From: Dehalococcoides sp. JdFR-54
GTDB taxonomy: Bacteria > Chloroflexota > Dehalococcoidia > JdFR-54
Direction: 5' to 3'
Assembly: GCA_002011475.1 (NCBI GenBank)
Contig: MTNP01000008.1
Location: 74,980-138,979, forward strand
Length of the DNA: 64,000 bases
Within the stretch, counting starts at the first letter, position 1, and every line of letters begins with the position of its first letter. Position numbers and translations under genes: made by a program. Positions 31,230 to 44,428 of this stretch are shown piece after piece. The notes beneath the pieces were generated by a model that saw only the letters and a list, made by a program, of their open reading frames with translations, was not told the DNA's origin and made no database searches.

Positions 31230-32030
31230 CTAAAGCAGCTTGGCCTCTCGGAGCTTGAGGGCCAGCTTCTCGCCGGCCTCGGCGGGGCTGTCGGCCTGGA
31301 TGAGCTGGCACCTGCCCTCTTTGACCGGCTTGAACAGCTTAAGGAGCCGGGTGCGCCGGCCGGCCACCCCGCATTGGGAGGCCTCCACCCCCAAATCGGC
31401 GGCCGTCCACACTATGGGCTCTATCTTCTTGGTGGCCATGATGCCCCTCAGGGTGGGGTAGCGGGGCTCGCCCAGCTCGTTGCTCACCGTGATCAGGGCG
31501 GGCAGGCTCACCTCCACCACCTCGTAGCCATCGGGCACCACCCGCTCCACCACTGCCTTGCCATCGGAGACCTCTACCTTTCTGGCCAGGGTAACGCTGG
31601 GTACGCCCAGGAGCTCGGCGATGCCCGAGCCCACCTGCCCGGCATCCCAGTCAGCGGCCTGGCGGCCGCAGAAGATGAGGTCGTATTGTCCTATCTTCTT
31701 TATGGCATGGGCCAGGGCGAAGGCCGTGGACCAGCTATCTCCCCCCTCGAGGGCATCGTCCTGGAGGAGGATGAGCTCGTCGGCGCCCATGGCCAGGGGC
31801 TTCTTGATGACATGGGGGACGGCATCCTTGCCCAGGGAGAGCACTGTTATCTTGCCCCCGTGGGCATCCTTGAGGCGCAAGGCTGCCTCCACCGCCTGCT
31901 CGTCGAAGGGGCTGATCACCGGGTTGACGCTGGGGGCGATGACCATCCTGCCCGAGGCGGCATCCACCTGGAAGCTGGCGGGTGGCGCCTCGGGGTCGGG
32001 CACCTGCTTGACGCAGACGATCATATTCAT
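31230..32030 (-). CDS. etfB: electron transfer flavoprotein beta subunit
   Basis: IVCVKQVPD, PFDEQAVEAAL, LAMGAD, CGRQAADWDAGQV, EPRYP. Confidence 0.95.
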   Translation of the reverse strand: MNMIVCVKQVPDPEAPPASFQVDAASGRMVIAPSVNPVISPFDEQAVEAALRLKDAHGGKITVLSLGKDAVPHVIKKPLAMGADELILLQDDALEGGDSWSTAFALAHAIKKIGQYDLIFCGRQAADWDAGQVGSGIAELLGVPSVTLARKVEVSDGKAVVERVVPDGYEVVEVSLPALITVSNELGEPRYPTLRGIMATKKIEPIVWTAADLGVEASQCGVAGRRTRLLKLFKPVKEGRCQLIQADSPAEAGEKLALKLREAKLL

Positions 32031-32097
32031 AGGGCTTCCCCTTTCCGTGGCAAATCGGTGTAAAATCTATCACTGGGGTATGGGGATTGTCAAGGAC

Positions 32098-32138
32098 GCC
32101 AAAAGGGCCTTCGGCTAGAAGCCGAAGGCCCTTTTGGC
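32098..32138. terminator. intrinsic terminator after 5S rRNA
   Basis: Perfect hairpin GCCAAAAGGGCCTTCGGC-TAGAA-GCCGAAGGCCCTTTTGGC. Confidence 0.85.
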
Positions 32139-32257
32139 CTCTGGCAGCGACCTATTTTCCCAAAGGGTTGCCCCCTCAGTATCGTCGGCGCTGGGGCGTT
32201 TCACTGCCGTGTTCGGGATGGGAACGGGTGGGGCCACCCCGCTAAAGCCACCAGAGG
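32138..32257 (-). rRNA. rrf: 5S rRNA
   Basis: About 120 nt; complementary ends CCTCTGG/CCAGAGG; CCGTTCCCATCCCGAACACGG and AGTGAAA motifs. Confidence 0.95.
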
Positions 32258-32418
32258 CTTTTTCGACCTTTTTCGACCTGGTTGTGTGCTCCGGTGGTAT
32301 GTCGGATGTGGACTAAGTATTCCTTAATATTATCTGATGCTCGACCGGGAAAGGCGACAGCTTTCTTCCTGGTTCCAGGCCCAGGTCGAAAAAGGGATTA
32401 GGGGGTGAGCCTGATGTA

Positions 32419-35450
<3,032 letters not shown>

Positions 35451-35607
35451 TACATCAGGCTCAACCCCTAATCATTATTCACTTGTTAAAGTGCGCACAC
35501 GAAGGCGGCTGGAGCTTCTTACCCCAGCCGCCTGAGGTACTCAGCTCCCAGCTCTCCTTATGTGGTCTCTCGCCTCAAATCGATCCTCTTCCCTTGTGCC
35601 GATATAT

Positions 35608-35636
35608 AGTATAACCCTTCTGGCGGGGCTTGTCAA
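35608..35636 (-). promoter_or_regulatory. sigma70 promoter of the 23S-5S unit
   Basis: TTGACA-17-TATACT; boxA-like GCACTTTAACAA at ~35484-35495. Confidence 0.8.
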
Positions 35637-35705
35637 CACCCGTCGGGGACTATTTTGCCCAATTCCCCCAATTAAAGTATAATAGTGATGCCCAGAGGGA
35701 CTGAG

Positions 35706-36782
35706 ATGACGCTCATCGATAGGCTGGAATCCATAGAGGCCCGATACCGGGAGCTGGACGACCTCATCGCCCGCCCCGAGGTGGCCACCGACCCGGAACG
35801 GCTCCAGCGCCTGGCCCGGGAGCGGGCGGGGCTGGAGGAGCTAGTATCCCTGTACCGGGGGTATAAGGCCACCACCCGGAGCCTGGAGGAGACCCAGGCC
35901 ATGCTGAACGAGGGCCTTGACCCGGAGATGGCGGCCCTGGCCAAGGAGGAGGCCGATACGCTGAGGCGGCGCCAGGAGAGCCTGCTCCAGGAGCTTAAGC
36001 TGGCCCTGCTCCCCAAGGATGCCAAGGATGATAAGGACGTCATCGTGGAGATTCGGGCGGGGACTGGGGGGGAGGAGGCAGCATTATTTGCCGCCGACCT
36101 CTTCCGCATGTACACCCGCTACGCCCAGTCCCAGGGCTGGCAGGTGGAGGTCATTGACGCCAACCGCAGCGAGCGGGACGGCTTCAAGGAGGTCATCTTC
36201 GAGGTAAAGGGGCGGGGTGCCTTCAGCCGCCTTAAGTTCGAGCGGGGGGTGCACCGGGTGCAGCGGGTGCCCATCACCGAGGCCTCGGGCCGCATCCACA
36301 CCTCCACCGCCACGGTGGCCGTCCTCCCCGAGGCCGAGGAGGTGGAGGTGGATATCAACCCCGACGACCTCAAGGTGGAGTTCTATCATAGTCGCGGCGC
36401 CGGCGGCCAGAACGTGAACAAGGTGGCTACGGCGGTGCGCCTCACCCACCTCCCCACCGGCATAGTGACCACCTGTCAGGACGAGCGCTCTCAGCTCCGC
36501 AACCGGCAAAAGGCCATGGCGGTGCTCCGGGCTCGACTTCTGGATAGGGAGCAACGCAAGCAGTTCGAGGCGGTGACCCGGGAGCGCCGCGCCCAGGTGG
36601 GCAGCGGGGAAAGGGCGGAGAAGGTGCGCACCTACAACTTCCCCCAGGATCGGGTCACCGACCACCGCATCAACCTCAGCCTGCACAACCTGTCCCGCAT
36701 TCTGGAGGGGGAGTTGGACGAGCTTATCGATGCCCTGGCCACCAGCCAGCAGGCCAAGCAACTCCAGGAGCTGGCGGGGTGA
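35706..36782 (+). CDS. prfA: peptide chain release factor 1
   Basis: EIRAGTGGEEAALF, HRVQRVPITE (PxT motif), GAGGQNVNK, RTYNFPQDR. Confidence 0.97.
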   Translation: MTLIDRLESIEARYRELDDLIARPEVATDPERLQRLARERAGLEELVSLYRGYKATTRSLEETQAMLNEGLDPEMAALAKEEADTLRRRQESLLQELKLALLPKDAKDDKDVIVEIRAGTGGEEAALFAADLFRMYTRYAQSQGWQVEVIDANRSERDGFKEVIFEVKGRGAFSRLKFERGVHRVQRVPITEASGRIHTSTATVAVLPEAEEVEVDINPDDLKVEFYHSRGAGGQNVNKVATAVRLTHLPTGIVTTCQDERSQLRNRQKAMAVLRARLLDREQRKQFEAVTRERRAQVGSGERAEKVRTYNFPQDRVTDHRINLSLHNLSRILEGELDELIDALATSQQAKQLQELAG

Positions 36783-37618
36783 GGGTAAAGGAGGCCCTGA
36801 AGCGGGCCAGCCAACTCCTGGCCACCCACTGCGAAGAAGCCCCCCTCCAAGCCGAGATCCTGATGCGCCATGCCCTGGGCCTGGACAGGGCCGGGCTTTT
36901 CGGGCAACTGGAACGGGAACTCACCGCCGAGGAAGAGGCAGCCTTCTGGAGCCTTCACCAACGTCGCCTTCACGGGGAGCCCATCCCTTATATTACGGGC
37001 CACCAGGAATTCTTCGGGCTCGATTTTTATGTCGATAGGCGGGTGCTCATCCCCCGGCCGGAGACCGAGCTTCTGGTGGAGAAGGCCCTGGAGCTTCTCA
37101 AGGACCATCCCGGGCCCGTGATAGCCGATGTGGGTACCGGCAGCGGCGCCATCGCCATTGCCCTAGCCCAGAACTTGCCATCAGCCAGGCTCTACGCCAT
37201 AGATATCTCGAGCGAAGCCTTAGAAGTGGCTGCCCTCAATTGCCAGCGGTATGAGGTGAGCAGCCGGGTGCAATTGCTACAGGGGGATTTGCTAGAGCCG
37301 CTCCCCGAGGCGGTGGACCTCATCGTGGCCAACCTCCCCTATGTGGGCGCGGCCGAACTCAAAGCGTTAGACCCTCAAGTGGAAAGGGAGCCAAGGCTGG
37401 CCCTGGCCGGGGGTGGGGATGGCCTGGATATGATACGAAGGCTGCTGGCCCAGGCTGCCGGCAAGCTGAGGCGGGGTGGTGGCCTGCTGCTGGAGATGGG
37501 TCTGGGGCAGAGGGAGGCCCTGATCCGGTTTGTTCGTGGCCTGTTTCCCGAGGCCCAGGTCGAGATATTTCGCGACCTGGGGCAGATAGAACGGGCGGCC
37601 TTGATCGGCCTCCCCTGA
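36779..37618 (+). CDS. prmC: release factor glutamine methyltransferase
   Basis: VLIPRPETE, DVGTGSGAI, ANLPY; follows prfA. Confidence 0.95.
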   Translation: MRVKEALKRASQLLATHCEEAPLQAEILMRHALGLDRAGLFGQLERELTAEEEAAFWSLHQRRLHGEPIPYITGHQEFFGLDFYVDRRVLIPRPETELLVEKALELLKDHPGPVIADVGTGSGAIAIALAQNLPSARLYAIDISSEALEVAALNCQRYEVSSRVQLLQGDLLEPLPEAVDLIVANLPYVGAAELKALDPQVEREPRLALAGGGDGLDMIRRLLAQAAGKLRRGGGLLLEMGLGQREALIRFVRGLFPEAQVEIFRDLGQIERAALIGLP

Positions 37619-37691
37619 CAAAGCTTTGTCAGGGGGGTCTTGGTGTGACCGGGCAATTGCCCGACTCAAATAAATAATTGGAGGGCGCAGA

Positions 37692-38948
37692 GTGAGCAGG
37701 AGACCTGCCCTTTTTTATGGCTGGGTCATCGTGGCTGTTACCGTGATCGGCATGCTGATAATCTATGGGGTCAGGCACTCCTTTTCCGTCTTCTTCGTGG
37801 ACATCCTGGACGAGTTCGGCTGGAGCCGGGGCAATACCGCCATCATGTTCTCCCTGAATGTCCTCATCTATGGGCTGCTGGCGCCCGTAGCCGGCAGCCT
37901 GGGGGATAGGTGGAAGCCGAGGAGGATAATGCCCTTAGGCGCTGCCCTCCTGGGCCTGGCCACCGCCGGCTGCGGCCTGGCCAACGAGCTATGGCATTTC
38001 TACGTCCTCTTCGGCATCCTCATGCCTGTGGGCACTGTCTTTACCGGGTGGCCCCTGTTCGCCCCGGCCATATCCAACTGGTTCGTCAGGAGACGAGCTA
38101 CGGGGCTGGGGATTGGGCTGATAGGTGGCGGCCTCAGTTTTACCATGGGCATTTTCGCCGAATATCTGATATGGCTGCTGGAATGGCGCTGGGCCTATGT
38201 GGTCCTGGCGGGGATGGTCATCGGGATCGTCATCCCCGTCGTCCTCCTCTTCTTCCACTACCGACCTGCGGATATAGGGCGTCATGCCGACGGTTTTGAA
38301 AGGTCGGTGGGCGAAGACCCCAAGCCAGCCCCAGGGGGTGGGGCTTTCCGGGACTGGACCCTGTCTCAGGCGGTGAGGACTTACCAGCTTTGGCTGCTGG
38401 TGCTGGCGTTTATGCTCTATTTTGGGGTGGGCAATTATCTGGTCCTGGCCCATCAGGTAGCCTTCGCCGAGGACATAGGTTATAGCGGCATGATTGCCGC
38501 CTCGGTATTTGGCCTCTACGGAATCTTCTTGGCCGTAGGGCAGGTCTCCGGTTTTATAGCCGACAGGATTGGACGGGAAAAGACCTTCACCCTGGCCACC
38601 CTCCTCTCGGTGGCGGGCTTGCTCCTCCTCATCTCGGTGAGGGATGCCTCCCAGCCCTGGATGCTATACGCTTATGCCATCTGCTTTGGCTACGGTGCTG
38701 GGCTGATGGTGCCCGCCCTTATTGCCGGGGCCGCCGACCTCTTTCATGGCAGGCACTTCGGCGCTATAAATGGCCTGCTTCTAACGGGTATGGGGGTGGG
38801 TGGTGCCATTGGGCCCTGGCTGGGTGGCTTCATCTTTGACATCTGGGGCAGCTATATTTGTGCTTTTATCATATGTATAATTGCCATCTGCCTCGCCTGC
38901 CTCGGCTTTTGGGTGGCTGCCCCCCGCCGCGCCAGGAGGCACCGCTGA
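37692..38948 (+). CDS. MFS transporter
   Basis: About 12 hydrophobic segments; FYGWVIV, GSLGDRW, ADRIGR, GPWLGGFIFD. Confidence 0.9.
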   Translation: MSRRPALFYGWVIVAVTVIGMLIIYGVRHSFSVFFVDILDEFGWSRGNTAIMFSLNVLIYGLLAPVAGSLGDRWKPRRIMPLGAALLGLATAGCGLANELWHFYVLFGILMPVGTVFTGWPLFAPAISNWFVRRRATGLGIGLIGGGLSFTMGIFAEYLIWLLEWRWAYVVLAGMVIGIVIPVVLLFFHYRPADIGRHADGFERSVGEDPKPAPGGGAFRDWTLSQAVRTYQLWLLVLAFMLYFGVGNYLVLAHQVAFAEDIGYSGMIAASVFGLYGIFLAVGQVSGFIADRIGREKTFTLATLLSVAGLLLLISVRDASQPWMLYAYAICFGYGAGLMVPALIAGAADLFHGRHFGAINGLLLTGMGVGGAIGPWLGGFIFDIWGSYICAFIICIIAICLACLGFWVAAPRRARRHR

Positions 38949-38972
38949 CGGTCGCCCAGGGGCGGGATGGCG

Positions 38973-39815
38973 TTAATTGCCCCCACCCAGCATCATATTG
39001 TCGATGAGACGGGTGGTGCCGATCCTCACCGCCAGGGAGGCCAGGGCTGGCCCCTCTATTCTATCCAGCTCCTCCAGGGTATCGGGGTCGGCGAGGCTCA
39101 CATAATCGATCTTGGCCCCCGGCTCCTTTTCGATGAGCTGGATCATGCGGCGGCGAATCGTTTCAGCGTCGCGTTCCCCCTGGGCATAAAGCCCCTGGGC
39201 CAGGGTCAGCGATTTATAGAGCGCCAGGGCTGACTGGCGCTCCTGGGGATTGAGGTAGGCATTGCGGCTGCTCATGGCCAGGCCATCGGCTTCCCGCACC
39301 GTGGGCACGGGCACGATCTCCAGGTTCATATTGAGGTCGGCCACCATCTTCTGGATGACCCGGAGTTGCTGGGCATCCTTCTCCCCGAAGTAGGCCCTGT
39401 GGGGCTCCACGATGTTGAATAGCTTGGCCACCACTGTGGCCACCCCCCGGAAATGGCCTGGGCGGAAGACCCCCTCCAGTCGGTCGGTGATTCCCTCCAC
39501 GTCCACCCAACTGCTGAAGCCCTGGGGGTACATCTCCGAGGCAAGGGGCATAAAGACGATATCTGTCCCCTCCCTCTCCAGTAGGGCCAGGTCGCGTTGG
39601 GGGTCTCGGGGGTACCTGTCGAAGTCCTCGTTGGGGCCGAACTGGGTGGGGTTGACGAAGATGCTCACCACCACCACCTCCGTCTGCCGGCGGGCCCACC
39701 TCACCAGGGTGAGGTGCCCCTCGTGGAGATAGCCCATGGTGGGCACCAGCCCCACCGTGCCCTTGGCTTGGCGCCGGGCATCTCGCATCGCTGCCACTGT
39801 GTCGACGACTTTCAT
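38973..39815 (-). CDS. panC: pantoate--beta-alanine ligase
   Basis: VPTMGYLHEGH, SIFVNPTQF, RPGHFRGV, FGEKDAQQ, GLAMSSRN, RLIDN. Confidence 0.97.
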   Translation of the reverse strand: MKVVDTVAAMRDARRQAKGTVGLVPTMGYLHEGHLTLVRWARRQTEVVVVSIFVNPTQFGPNEDFDRYPRDPQRDLALLEREGTDIVFMPLASEMYPQGFSSWVDVEGITDRLEGVFRPGHFRGVATVVAKLFNIVEPHRAYFGEKDAQQLRVIQKMVADLNMNLEIVPVPTVREADGLAMSSRNAYLNPQERQSALALYKSLTLAQGLYAQGERDAETIRRRMIQLIEKEPGAKIDYVSLADPDTLEELDRIEGPALASLAVRIGTTRLIDNMMLGGGN

Positions 39816-40663
39816 TTTCGGGAGACACGCTTAGGGCCACCGAGGTGGGCCCCGCCCAGAAAGCGGTAGACCTCCTCCGCTTGCTCTGGGCCAATGCCGC
39901 CCTTGGCCAGGGCGATGGGGACAGTGTGGCGAGCCAGTTCCCGATATAGGGGCAGTAGCCCTGGAGCCCTTTCCCTGATGGCCTTCATATGTTTGCGCAC
40001 CGTGCCCACATCGCCGCGGGCGATGGGGCCGGTGAGGCAGTGGGGCAGCCCCACATTTTCCAGGCTGCTGAGGGTGCCCCTGATCAGGGGCATCAGGGCC
40101 TTAACCGCCTGGTTGGGGGCGACGCCAAATTCCTGCCACAGGTCGGTGGCCAGCTTGATGAGGGTGATGTAATAGTTGCAGGCCATAACCGCCCCAGCAT
40201 GATAAAGAACCTTATCGTTGGCCCCCAGCTTTATCCAGGAACCCCCCAGGGCTTGGGCCATGCCCTGGAGCACGGAGAGGAGGGGCTCCTCCGCCTCCAC
40301 GCTGGCGAAGGTTTGCAAGGGGTGGAAGCCCCCCACATGGGCTCCAGCCCTTCTGGCCGGCTCCAGGATATCTGAGGAGGCGGCGCCGCTACAGAATACT
40401 ACGGATTGCCCAGGGTGCCACCGGAGCCCGGCCACCACCGGGGCAATGGCATCGTCGGGGGTGGTGACGAAGACGAGTTGGGCCGTGTCGGCCACCCCCT
40501 GGGGCTCCGGATAGACCTTACAATCGGGCACCATCCCGGCCAGCCTCTCAGCAAACTCCAGGCTGGCCACGGCCACCACGGGGTAGCCCCTTTGGGACAG
40601 ATGTACGGCCAGCGCCGTGCCCACCGTCCCCGCCCCGATGAACCCGATCCTGGTTTTCTCCAC
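39812..40663 (-). CDS. Rossmann-like/DUF2520 protein (PanG-type ketopantoate reductase)
   Basis: IGAGTVG, TTPDD, CSGA, FHPLQTF, YHAGAV, LTGPIARGD; adjacent to panC. Confidence 0.85.
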   Translation of the reverse strand: MEKTRIGFIGAGTVGTALAVHLSQRGYPVVAVASLEFAERLAGMVPDCKVYPEPQGVADTAQLVFVTTPDDAIAPVVAGLRWHPGQSVVFCSGAASSDILEPARRAGAHVGGFHPLQTFASVEAEEPLLSVLQGMAQALGGSWIKLGANDKVLYHAGAVMACNYYITLIKLATDLWQEFGVAPNQAVKALMPLIRGTLSSLENVGLPHCLTGPIARGDVGTVRKHMKAIRERAPGLLPLYRELARHTVPIALAKGGIGPEQAEEVYRFLGGAHLGGPKRVSRK

Positions 40664-40666
40664 CGA

Positions 40667-41626
40667 CTAGGTCACCTCCCTGGCGGCCGGAATTCCACCC
40701 AGCCCCTCGGCCCTGAGCACTGCCCTCACCACCGCCATGGACACCGCCTCGGCGGCGGCCACCCCTACGGTGCTGACATCGCCAGGCTTGTCCCCCAAGG
40801 ACAGGGCGAAACAGATATCGCCATCGACCATGGTATGGCAGGGCACAATGGCCCGGGCCATGCCGTCGTGGGCCATCTGGGCCACCTTGGTAGCCTGGGC
40901 CTTGTCCAGTCGGGCGTTGGTGGCCACCACTGCCAGGGTGGTATTCTGGGGCAGGGGGCTCTGCCACGGGACGCCGCTCTTCATTATCTCGGCGGTGCTG
41001 AGGAAGCCAGGGCCATCGCTGCGGCGGGGACCGGCCAGGGTCTGACCCGTCTCGGGGTCGACCACATTGCCAAAGGCATTGACCACCGCCAGGGCGCCCA
41101 CGATTATATCGGCGCCTATCTTGAGGCTGGAGGTGCCCACCCCGCCCTTGGTGGCCCGCCCCATGCCCAGGATTTTGCCCACGGTGGCCCCGGTGCCCGC
41201 CCCCACGCTCCCCTCGGCCACCTCGCCTGAGGCAGCCGCCAGGCAGGCCTGGTGGCCCGCCTCGGGTCCGGGCCTCACCGCCGGGCTACCTATGCCCAGG
41301 TCGAAAAGGATAGCCGCCGGGACAATGGGCACTCTGGCTACCCTGGCCCAGTAGCCATAGCCATGCTCCTCCAGGTAGCGCACCACCCCTCCGGCTGCGT
41401 CCAGCCCGAAGGCGCTGCCGCCGCTGAAGACAACGGCGTGGGCGTGGGGCACCAGGTTCAAGGGGTTTAAAAGGTCGGTCTCCCGAGTTCCCGGCGCCGA
41501 GCCCCGCACCTCCACCCCGGCCACTGCCCCCGCCTCGCAGAGGACGACGGTGCAGCCGGTGACCGCCTCGCGGTCGGTGTAGTGTCCCACCTTTATTCCG
41601 GGCACATCGCAGATGGTGTCGAACAT
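40667..41626 (-). CDS. P1/S58 family peptidase (DmpA/BapA-like)
   Basis: VPGIKVGH, RGSAPGTRETDLL, GGSAFGL, GSVGAGTGA, QNTTLAVVATNA, HTMVDGD. Confidence 0.88.
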   Translation of the reverse strand: MFDTICDVPGIKVGHYTDREAVTGCTVVLCEAGAVAGVEVRGSAPGTRETDLLNPLNLVPHAHAVVFSGGSAFGLDAAGGVVRYLEEHGYGYWARVARVPIVPAAILFDLGIGSPAVRPGPEAGHQACLAAASGEVAEGSVGAGTGATVGKILGMGRATKGGVGTSSLKIGADIIVGALAVVNAFGNVVDPETGQTLAGPRRSDGPGFLSTAEIMKSGVPWQSPLPQNTTLAVVATNARLDKAQATKVAQMAHDGMARAIVPCHTMVDGDICFALSLGDKPGDVSTVGVAAAEAVSMAVVRAVLRAEGLGGIPAAREVT

Positions 41627-41640
41627 CCTGCCCACCAAAT

Positions 41641-41676
41641 TAAATGCCCTCCCGGGCACAGCCGAGAGGGCATTTA
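41641..41676 (-). terminator. leader attenuator/terminator hairpin upstream of the pan operon
   Basis: TAAATGCCCTC...GAGGGCATTTA inverted repeat followed by ATTT on the minus strand, about 15 nt before the first ATG. Confidence 0.65.
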
Positions 41677-41691
41677 GCATCCTTTCCCTTG

Positions 41692-41765
41692 TAGCCGTCT
41701 CGGTCGTGGCCGATCCAAGCGGTCAATTCTTAATAAAAGACGGTTAAAAGCTCACCGCTGGCCAG
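41692..41765 (-). ncRNA. pan RNA motif-like cis-regulatory leader
   Basis: CCGCTTGGATC-GGCCAC-GACCGAGACGG stem with bulged As upstream of pantothenate genes; promoter TTGACA-17-TATCCT at 41782-41810. Confidence 0.6.
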
Positions 41766-41828
41766 GGTCGATGGCAACTATAGGATAACACCCCTGGCTC
41801 ATATTGTCAAGAACTCGGGGTTGGCCCC

Positions 41829-41880
41829 TTGACAAGACCCGGTTTTATGCTTATAATTCCTAGTAAATCACTAGGAATTA
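41829..41880 (+). promoter_or_regulatory. consensus sigma70 promoter with overlapping palindromic Rrf2/IscR-type operator
   Basis: TTGACA(41829)-17-TATAAT(41852); perfect inverted repeat TAATTCCTAGT-AAATC-ACTAGGAATTA at 41854-41880. Confidence 0.85.
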
Positions 41881-41883
41881 GCC

Positions 41884-42333
41884 ATGATAGAATTCTCCAG
41901 CAAAGGGCGCTATGGCCTACGCTTGATGATCGAGCTGGCCCATGCCTATGGACGGGGGGTGTTGTCCCTGGCTGAGGTGGCTCACAAGCAGGGCCTGCCC
42001 TTGGGCTACCTGGAACAGTTGATGGCCCGTCTGCGGCAGGCCGGCCTGGTGGCGTCAGAACGAGGCATTAAAGGGGGTTATCGCCTCAGCGCCTCCCCGG
42101 AGTCCATAACCATAGGTGAGGTGTTGCGGGCGCTGGAGGGGCCTATCGCCCCCGCCCGCTGTGCCACCCCCCAGGGTTGCCGCCGAGAGCCCGTCTGCCC
42201 CTCCACCCTTGTGTGGCACAAGATAAGGGACACCGTGGCCCAGGTATTAAACTCCACAACCCTGGCTGATATATGCTGCTACCCGGTGACCGCGACCCCT
42301 GCTGCCGTGCTCCAGGGGGATGAGTGCCGATGA
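41884..42333 (+). CDS. Rrf2 family transcriptional regulator (IscR/CymR-like)
   Basis: [27 protein letters not shown]; three Cys in [13 protein letters not shown]. Confidence 0.92.
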   Translation: MIEFSSKGRYGLRLMIELAHAYGRGVLSLAEVAHKQGLPLGYLEQLMARLRQAGLVASERGIKGGYRLSASPESITIGEVLRALEGPIAPARCATPQGCRREPVCPSTLVWHKIRDTVAQVLNSTTLADICCYPVTATPAAVLQGDECR

Positions 42334-43529
42334 AACGGGTGATCTATCTGGACCACGCCGCCACCACCCCCACCCACCCCCAGGTGCTGGAGGCGATGAT
42401 GCCCTACTTTTCGGAGAGGTTCGGCAATCCCTCCAGCATCTACACGCCGGCCCAGGAAGCCCGTAACGCTGTCGAGGATGCCCGCCGCACCGCCGCCGAA
42501 TTTCTAGGTGCCCAGCCCGAGGAGATCATCTTCACCGCCGGGGGCACGGAGGCGGATAATGCTGCCCTCAAGGGGGTGGCCTTCGCCCTGCGCCATAAGG
42601 GTAACCATATCATCACCTCGGCCATCGAGCACCACGCTGTCCTGGAGAGCTGTCATTTTCTGGAAAAGCTGGGCTTTGAGGTCACCTACTTGCCCGTGGA
42701 TGGCTATGGGATGGTCTCTGTGGCCGAGGCGGAGAAGGCTATCACCGACAGGACTATCCTGGTGAGCATCATGCTGGCCAACAACGAGGTGGGCACCATC
42801 CAGCCCATCGCCGAGCTGGGCCAGATGATCAAAGACAGGGCCCGCCACCTGGGGCGACCTATATATTTCCATACTGATGCCGTGCAGGGGGCCGGTGCCC
42901 TAGACCTGAATGTGGATAAGCTGGGGGTCGACCTCCTCAGCCTGGCCGCCCACAAGTTCTATGGCCCCAAGGGGGTGGGGCTCCTCTTCTTGAGAAAGGG
43001 CACACCCTTCGTCCCCCATATGAGTGGCGGTGGCCAGGAGAATAGCCGCCGGGCGAGCACCCATAATGTGCCCGGCATCGTGGGCATGGGGGCTGCCCTG
43101 AGACTGGCTGCCCAGAATCGCGCCCACTATAACCGGCACTGCGGCGAACTGCGCGACCGACTCATCCGGGGGATTCAGAGCCGTATCCAGGGGGCCCACC
43201 TCACTGGCCACCCCACCCAGCGCCTGTCCAACAATGCCAGCTTTTGCTTCGACTATGTGGAGGGCGAATCCGTATTGCTCAGTCTGGACCTGGCCGGGGT
43301 GTGCGCCTCCAGTGGCTCGGCGTGCACCTCGGGGTCGCTGGAGCCCTCCCACGTGCTCCTGGCCATGGGCATCCCCGCCGAGTTAGCCCATGGCAGCCTT
43401 CGCTTGACCCTGGGCCTGGGCAACACCGAGGAGGAGATAGAGTTTGTGCTCTCCATCCTCCCCGACATAATCCAGAGGCTTCGGGAGATATCCCCTCTGG
43501 TCACCCCCAAGGGGGAAAAATCTGCCTAG
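42330..43529 (+). CDS. iscS: cysteine desulfurase (IscS/NifS)
   Basis: [42 protein letters not shown]. Confidence 0.95.
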   Translation: MKRVIYLDHAATTPTHPQVLEAMMPYFSERFGNPSSIYTPAQEARNAVEDARRTAAEFLGAQPEEIIFTAGGTEADNAALKGVAFALRHKGNHIITSAIEHHAVLESCHFLEKLGFEVTYLPVDGYGMVSVAEAEKAITDRTILVSIMLANNEVGTIQPIAELGQMIKDRARHLGRPIYFHTDAVQGAGALDLNVDKLGVDLLSLAAHKFYGPKGVGLLFLRKGTPFVPHMSGGGQENSRRASTHNVPGIVGMGAALRLAAQNRAHYNRHCGELRDRLIRGIQSRIQGAHLTGHPTQRLSNNASFCFDYVEGESVLLSLDLAGVCASSGSACTSGSLEPSHVLLAMGIPAELAHGSLRLTLGLGNTEEEIEFVLSILPDIIQRLREISPLVTPKGEKSA

Positions 43530-44428
43530 GGCTGGGCCAGGGCATAGATTCGGCCGGCCAGATCCAGCAATTCCTCCTTAGCATAAAGGGGCTCTAGCCA
43601 TCTATGGGGCACGCCCCCCAGCCCGAAATAGGCGCCAGCTAGGGCCCCGCATACTGCCCCGGTGGTATCGGTGTCGCCGCCCAGGTTCACGGCGCTGACC
43701 ACCGCCGCCTCGAAGCTGGGAGCCTGAAGGAAGCACCCCAGGGCAGCCTTCAGGGTATCCAGGACATAGGCCGAGGGCACCAGCCGTTCCCTGGCCCCCG
43801 CGGATGCCTCCAGCAGCACCCTGCTGACCTCCTCGTTGTCCATCAGTCCGGCCACCTCCTCGAGGAGGCCTTCTTTCCTGCCCTGCACCAGCCCGGCAAT
43901 AAGCAGATTCAGCGCCACCGCCGCCCAGCCTGCCCGGGGGTCCCAGTGAGTGATGAGGGCACTCTCCAGGCTGGCCTCGATGAGCCTATCCGGGCGGCGA
44001 TAGTAGAAGAGTCCAATAGGGGCACAGCGCATTATGCTGCCGTTGCCCGCCGAGAGCCCACCCAGCCTGTGATGGGCGAGGAGGCTTGCCTCCTGCCAGG
44101 AGGCCCCCCGCCCCAGCTCGGAGAGGGCGATCAAGGTAGTGCGGCCGATGCCCTTGGCCCCGGCTTGGAACCAGTCCAGAAACCTGGCAGCCACATCCTC
44201 GGGCTCGAATTCCCCCCGCTCCACCAGGCTGCGGGCCAGGCACAGGGTCATGGCAGTATCATCGGTATGTTCGCCCCGGCCCCAACCCCGCCCTGCCATC
44301 ATCTCGGTGACTTGGCCCCATCGGCTTCGGATGTGCTCAGGGCTCATCCCCTCCACCGGAGCCCCCAGGGCATCACCCACCGCCACCCCGACAAGACAGC
44401 CCTGAAAATGGGACAGCAACTCCTTCAT
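43526..44428 (-). CDS. ADP-ribosylglycohydrolase (DraG-like)
   Basis: [31 protein letters not shown]. Confidence 0.9.
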   Translation of the reverse strand: MKELLSHFQGCLVGVAVGDALGAPVEGMSPEHIRSRWGQVTEMMAGRGWGRGEHTDDTAMTLCLARSLVERGEFEPEDVAARFLDWFQAGAKGIGRTTLIALSELGRGASWQEASLLAHHRLGGLSAGNGSIMRCAPIGLFYYRRPDRLIEASLESALITHWDPRAGWAAVALNLLIAGLVQGRKEGLLEEVAGLMDNEEVSRVLLEASAGARERLVPSAYVLDTLKAALGCFLQAPSFEAAVVSAVNLGGDTDTTGAVCGALAGAYFGLGGVPHRWLEPLYAKEELLDLAGRIYALAQP

